From assembly GCA_963728425.1 (NCBI GenBank), contig CAVSKC010000012.1, forward strand, positions 4,504 to 68,503: a DNA stretch of 64,000 nt, written 5' to 3'. This DNA is from an uncultured Actinomycetota bacterium (GTDB taxonomy: Bacteria > Actinomycetota > Actinomycetes > JACCUZ01). This document shows, piece by piece, positions 59,789-64,000 of this stretch; the stretch's first letter is position 1, and the number at the start of each line of letters is the position of its first letter. The position numbers and the translations under genes are program-made. Under the pieces are notes generated by a model. It did not search any database. It had not been told where the DNA came from and saw nothing but the letters and a program-made list of their open reading frames with translations.

Positions 59789-61743
59789 TCAGGTGTAGAG
59801 GCGGAGGTCGGCGACCGACCACCACGACCCGCTGCTGCCCGTCTGCACGAGCCGGACGTAGCGGGCCGGGCCACCGGTCACGTCGACGGTGGTGATCTGG
59901 CCGGAGCCGGTCGCCGACACCGGCGCCGACCACGTCGTGCCGTCGGTGCTGGTCGAGACCTGCAGCCCGCGCGGGTAGTCGCCGGACGGCTGCCCCGGGC
60001 CCCAGTTCACGGCGGCCTCGGTGAGCGCCCCGGTGTCGAGCGCGACCCGGCCGACGTCGCGCGTCGTACCCAGGTCGACCGTGAGGGTCTGGCCGGGGTG
60101 CTGGGCGGCGCCGGTCGTCCAGCGGGTGACCGCATCGTCGTCGATGGCGTTTCCGGCGTCGGCGCCCTCGGACGCCGAGGCCGTCGCCCCGTGCAGGTCC
60201 AGCAGCCGGTGGCCGTCGTCGGGCACGCGCGCCGGCCGGCCAGACGAAGGTGGCGAGCGCGCCGCCGGGCAGCGTGTAGTCGAAGGACGACCCGCCCTGC
60301 GCGACGGCGAACGTCGCCGGCGCGTCGTTCTCGTTGTGCGCGACGAGCACGATCGTGCCGTCCGGGTTGCGGAAGGCCGTGTCCATCACGGCGCCGTTCC
60401 ACCCGGTGGTGCCGAACGACGTGCTCGCGATCCGGTGCGCGCCGGGCCGGACGAAGCGCGCGAGGTGCCCGAGCGTGTAGTACTCGGCGTTGCGCGAGAC
60501 GGTCTGCCCCGGCCCCACAGTGATCACGCCGGTGCACGTGTCGCAGCCGCCGTTGTGCGGGCCGCCGCTCGGGTCGAGCGCGAGGTTCCAGTTGACGACG
60601 GTCGAGGCCCAGTTGCGGGTCACGCCGAGCACGAGGTTGCGGCTGTGCCACTTCAGCGTGTCGGAGAAGAACTGCGCGGGCGGGTCACTGGGGCCGTGCG
60701 AGCCGGAGCACTCGGTGAACCAGAGCTCGGTGCTGGGGAAGGTGTCGTGCAGCTTCGTCATGTCGGACGGGTCACCGGCGTAGCAGTGGTAGGCGATCCC
60801 GTCGAAGCGGCCCGCCTGCGGGGAGCGCAGCAGGCGGTAGGGATAGTCGGTCTCCGGGTCCTCGCCCGGCGGCGTCGAGGCGATGTCGCCGGGGTGCTCG
60901 GACCAGTTGTGGTCGTAGCCGAGGATCAGCGTGTCGAGGCCGGCGGCGTCGAAGGCCGCGCCGACCGCGGCTGCGAGCTTCTCCTCCTGCGTCGCGGGCA
61001 GGTCGGTGCCGGGGTACGCACTGGGGTGGCGGTTCTGCGGCTCGTTCTGCAGCGTCACCGCGTCGACCGGCACACCTGCCTTGCGGTAGGCCTGCACGAA
61101 CTTCACGAAGTAGCGGGCGTAGGCCTGGTAGATCGCCGGGGTGTCGATCAGCCGGCCGCCGATCAGCGAGCCGTTCGTCTTCATCCAGGCCGGCGGGCTC
61201 CACGGCGTGGCGACCACCGTCAGGTCGGGGTTCAGCGCCAGCGCCTGCCGCAGCAGCGGCAGGATCCGCGGCCGGTCGTGGGCGATGGTGAAGTCCTCCA
61301 TCGCGTAGTCCGTCTCGCCCGCAGGCACGTCGTCGTACGTGTAGAAGTCGCCGGCCACGAAGTCCGAGGCACCCATCGGCTGGCGCAGCACCGACAGACC
61401 GTCCCCGCGGGTCGGGCTGAACAGGTCGGTCATCGCGGCGTCCCGCGCCGCCGGGCGCAGCCGGCTCAGGACGACCGCGGAGGAGTCGGTGATCGAGGCG
61501 CCGAAGCCGCGCATCGTCTGGTAGCTGCGACTGGGGTCGACCGTGATGGTCAGCTCGTCGGAGCCCCCGGGGGTGAACGTGGCCGGGTCAGCGGGGGACA
61601 GGCGCTGCGCGCCGTCCGGGGTGGTGACCCACACCTTGACCGGCGGGGCTGTCCGCGGCAGCCGACGTCTGCGGGACGGCGACGAGGAGCGCGCCGAGAA
61701 GGGCGGCCAGGACGAGCGGGACGGCGGTGCGACGACGGACCAC
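59789..61743 (-). CDS. Secreted GH30 hydrolase with F5/8-type C (CBM32-like) domain, frameshifted
   Basis: GFGASITD, PWSPPAWMK, QNEP, YDHNW, HCY, FTE, WNLALD; C-terminal RWTT..Q..VDLG..DYPR; frame changes near 61640 and 60230. Confidence 0.88.
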
Positions 61744-61809
61744 GGCAGGACCTCCAGGTCCGATCCATCCTGCCCGATTTGTGCCGCTCTGTCACCCTTC
61801 GGCTACTGG

Positions 61810-62677
61810 TCAGGCGACCGCCGCCCGCAGCACCGGGACGGCGAGCAGGGCGCCGGTGCCGTCGTCGCCGCGCAGCCCGAGGTCGAGGACCGGCTCGAGG
61901 TCGAGCCGGGCCAGCGCCAGCCGGTGCGCCGGGTCGGGGGAGAGGCCGCCGGCGAGCCACCAGTCGGGCGCCCGGAAGGACAGCCGGGCCGCGACCAGCG
62001 CGGCCGCCGCCGTGGCCGGGCCGTCGAGCACCACCGGGGTACGCCGGGCCGCGGCCTCCAGCAGCAGCCCGGTCGCGGACGCGAGGTCGGCACCGGCCAC
62101 CGCGGCGAGCAGCCCGACCTGCCGGGGGACGTGCGGCCGGCCCCGCCGCATCGCGTCGCGGGTCGCGGCGCAGCGCAGCATCCAGGCCGCGTCGTCGAGG
62201 CCGGTGGCCGTGACCGCCGACGCGTCCGAGCGGGTCAGCAGCCCGACGAGCGTGGCCGCGGGCACCGCCAGGTCGGCGGCGGGCAGGGCGAGCAGCAGCA
62301 GGTCGGTGCCGGCGTCGGCCTCCTCGTCGGCCCGGGCCGCACCGGCGAGCAGGGCGGCCAGCGCCTCGTCGGGCGTGCACGCGTCCTCGGTGTCGACCCG
62401 CCGCGCACCGTGCCGCGGCGGCGCGCGACCTCCACCGACCCCGGTGTCCGCGGCCACCGCCGCGGTGCGCGGCGGCAGCTCGTCGGCGAGCAACGAGCAG
62501 GCGGGGCCGCCGCGGAGCAGGGGCGCGGCGCCGTGCCTGCACGCCGGCCAGCCAGATCGCGAGGTCGCCGAGCCGGCCGGTGCGGGAGGCGTCGAGCAAC
62601 GCGCGGGCCGACCGCGCGGGAGTCGTCGTCCGGCCGCTCGACGGCGACGGCGAGCTCCTCGAGGTCGGGTGGTCACC
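61810..62677 (-). CDS. cobT: CobT-like phosphoribosyltransferase, degenerate or frameshifted
   Basis: GRLGDLA.W, G.DD..W, GADLA..TG.LL.AA.RRTPVVLDG, AL..L.LEP.LDLGLR...GTGA; position near gcvT. Confidence 0.7.
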
Positions 62678-63509
62678 CGGACATGGTGCCGTCCGGCGGC
62701 GCGAACGTCGGCACCGCGCCGAACTCGGCCCGGCGGGCGGCCCGGCGCAGCGCCAGCAGCACCGGCCGGGCCGCGACGCGACCAGCGCCGCGGTGGTGAC
62801 GGCCCGCGGGATGTCGAAGCCCAGCGAGGTGGCGAGGGTGAACGCCACGAAGCGGCCGAGGTTCTCGGTCGAGCGGCGCCGCCCGCGACGTAGGAGATGT
62901 CGCTCTCCAGGCCGGTGGTGAACGGCCAGAGCCACAGGTTCATCAGCGCGCCGTAGGCGAGCCCGGCGACCGCGCCGTACGCCGCGAGCAGCGCGACCTC
63001 GCGGCGGCCGGTCGCCGCGCGGCAGGCAGCCGGCGAGGAAGCCGACCCAGCCGGCCGCGAGCATCTGGAACGGCAGCCACGGCCCGACGCCGGCGGTGAG
63101 CAGCGCCGAGGCGAACAGCGTCACCGAGCCGAGCACGAAGCCGAAGCCGCGCCCGAGCGCCCGCCCGGCGAGCACGAGCAGGAAGAACACCGGCTCGAAG
63201 CCGGCGACCCCGCCGCCGAGCGGCCGCAGCGCGGCGCCGACGGCGGCCAGCACGCCGAGCACCGCGACCGCCTTGGCGTCCATGCCGCCGTCGGCGACCT
63301 CGGCCAGCACGACCGCGAGCAGCAGCGGCAGCAGCACGACGAACAGCCACGGCGCGTCGGCTGCGCGCCGGCGAGGTCCGAGCCCGGCTGCGACGAACAG
63401 CGGCCAGCAGAACGCGAGCAGCCCGATGCCGCTGACGACGGCGAGGGCGGAGCGCGGCCCGCGGCCGGACGCCGGACCGCGCGGACCTGTGGTCGGCCGG
63501 TGCAGCATC
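62670..63509 (-). CDS. ECF transporter S component, frameshifted
   Basis: DAKAVAVLGVL..LR, EPVFFLL, GPWLPFQM, TSLGFDIPRA. Confidence 0.8.
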
Positions 63510-63510
63510 T

Positions 63511-64000
63511 CTATCCGGCCTTGAGCGACGCGGCGACCTCGGCGACGGTGAGCCAGGGCAGCGGGGCGAGGACCTTGGCCACCTGCGGGGCGAAGGCCGG
63601 CGAGGAGACGACGACCTCGCGGGACGGGCCGTCGCTGACCACCTCGCCGTCGGCCAGCACGACGGTGCGGTCGGCGACGGTCGGCGGCCAGCTCGACGTC
63701 GTGGGTGGCGAGCACGACGGCGTGCCCGGCGGCCGCGAGGTCGCGCAGCACCCGCACCAGCGCCTCCTTGCCGGGGTAGTCGAGGCCGCGGGTCGGCTCG
63801 TCGAGCAGCACCAGCGGCGGCCGGCCGGCGAGCACGACGGCCAGGGCGAGGGCGAGCCGCTGGCCCTCGGACAGGTCGCGCGGGTGCGTGCGTCCGGGTC
63901 GACGCCGGCCGAGCAGCGCCGACGACAGATCGCCAGTGCGGTGCCGGGCGGCACGCCCGCGTCGCGGTCGGCCTGCGGCGCACTCGTCGGCGACCGTGTC
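63511..64000 (-). CDS. ECF-type ABC ATPase, C-terminal fragment
   Basis: RDLSEGQ, LLDEPTRGLD, ATHDVE, FAPQVAK; truncated by the window edge and frameshifted. Confidence 0.85.
   Translation of the reverse strand, partial: TRSPTSAPQADRDAGVPPGTALAICRRRCSAGVDPDARTRATCPRASGSPSPWPSCSPAGRRWCCSTSRPAASTTPARRRWCGCCATSRPPGTPSCSPPTTSSWPPTVADRTVVLADGEVVSDGPSREVVVSSPAFAPQVAKVLAPLPWLTVAEVAASLKAG

Overview
High-GC actinomycete chromosomal window. It follows the conserved actinobacterial backbone rnpB ... map, panB, nadE, glnA2, glnE, glnA, RDD, DUF4191, lipA, lipB, TIGR01777, dlaT/sucB, lpdA, pepA, gcvT, cobT and an ECF transporter. Accessory blocks are inserted into this backbone. (i) 1.0-11.5 kb: three EAL/GGDEF genes, an ANTAR protein and a complete Hen1-Pnkp RNA repair operon. 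(ii) 16.5-19.3 kb: a membrane GGDEF-EAL sensor preceded by a 70-aa secreted peptide with three (Q/E)AASIWN repeats; this is the best candidate for an undescribed peptide-signal/c-di-GMP system. (iii) 24.6-34.8 kb: MFS transporter, tandem secreted clan GH-A hydrolases and a divergent SWIM/DUF6493-like pair. (iv) An HNH/DUF222 gene with an upstream LexA box. Two paralogous small tail-anchored proteins with a shared SAEVKGLTL motif lie 25 kb apart. GlnR boxes, an SOS box, many leaderless -10 promoters and several terminators are visible. Many single-base frameshifts (including in glnE) suggest long-read indel errors. Family assignments come from motif recognition only; no database searches were run.
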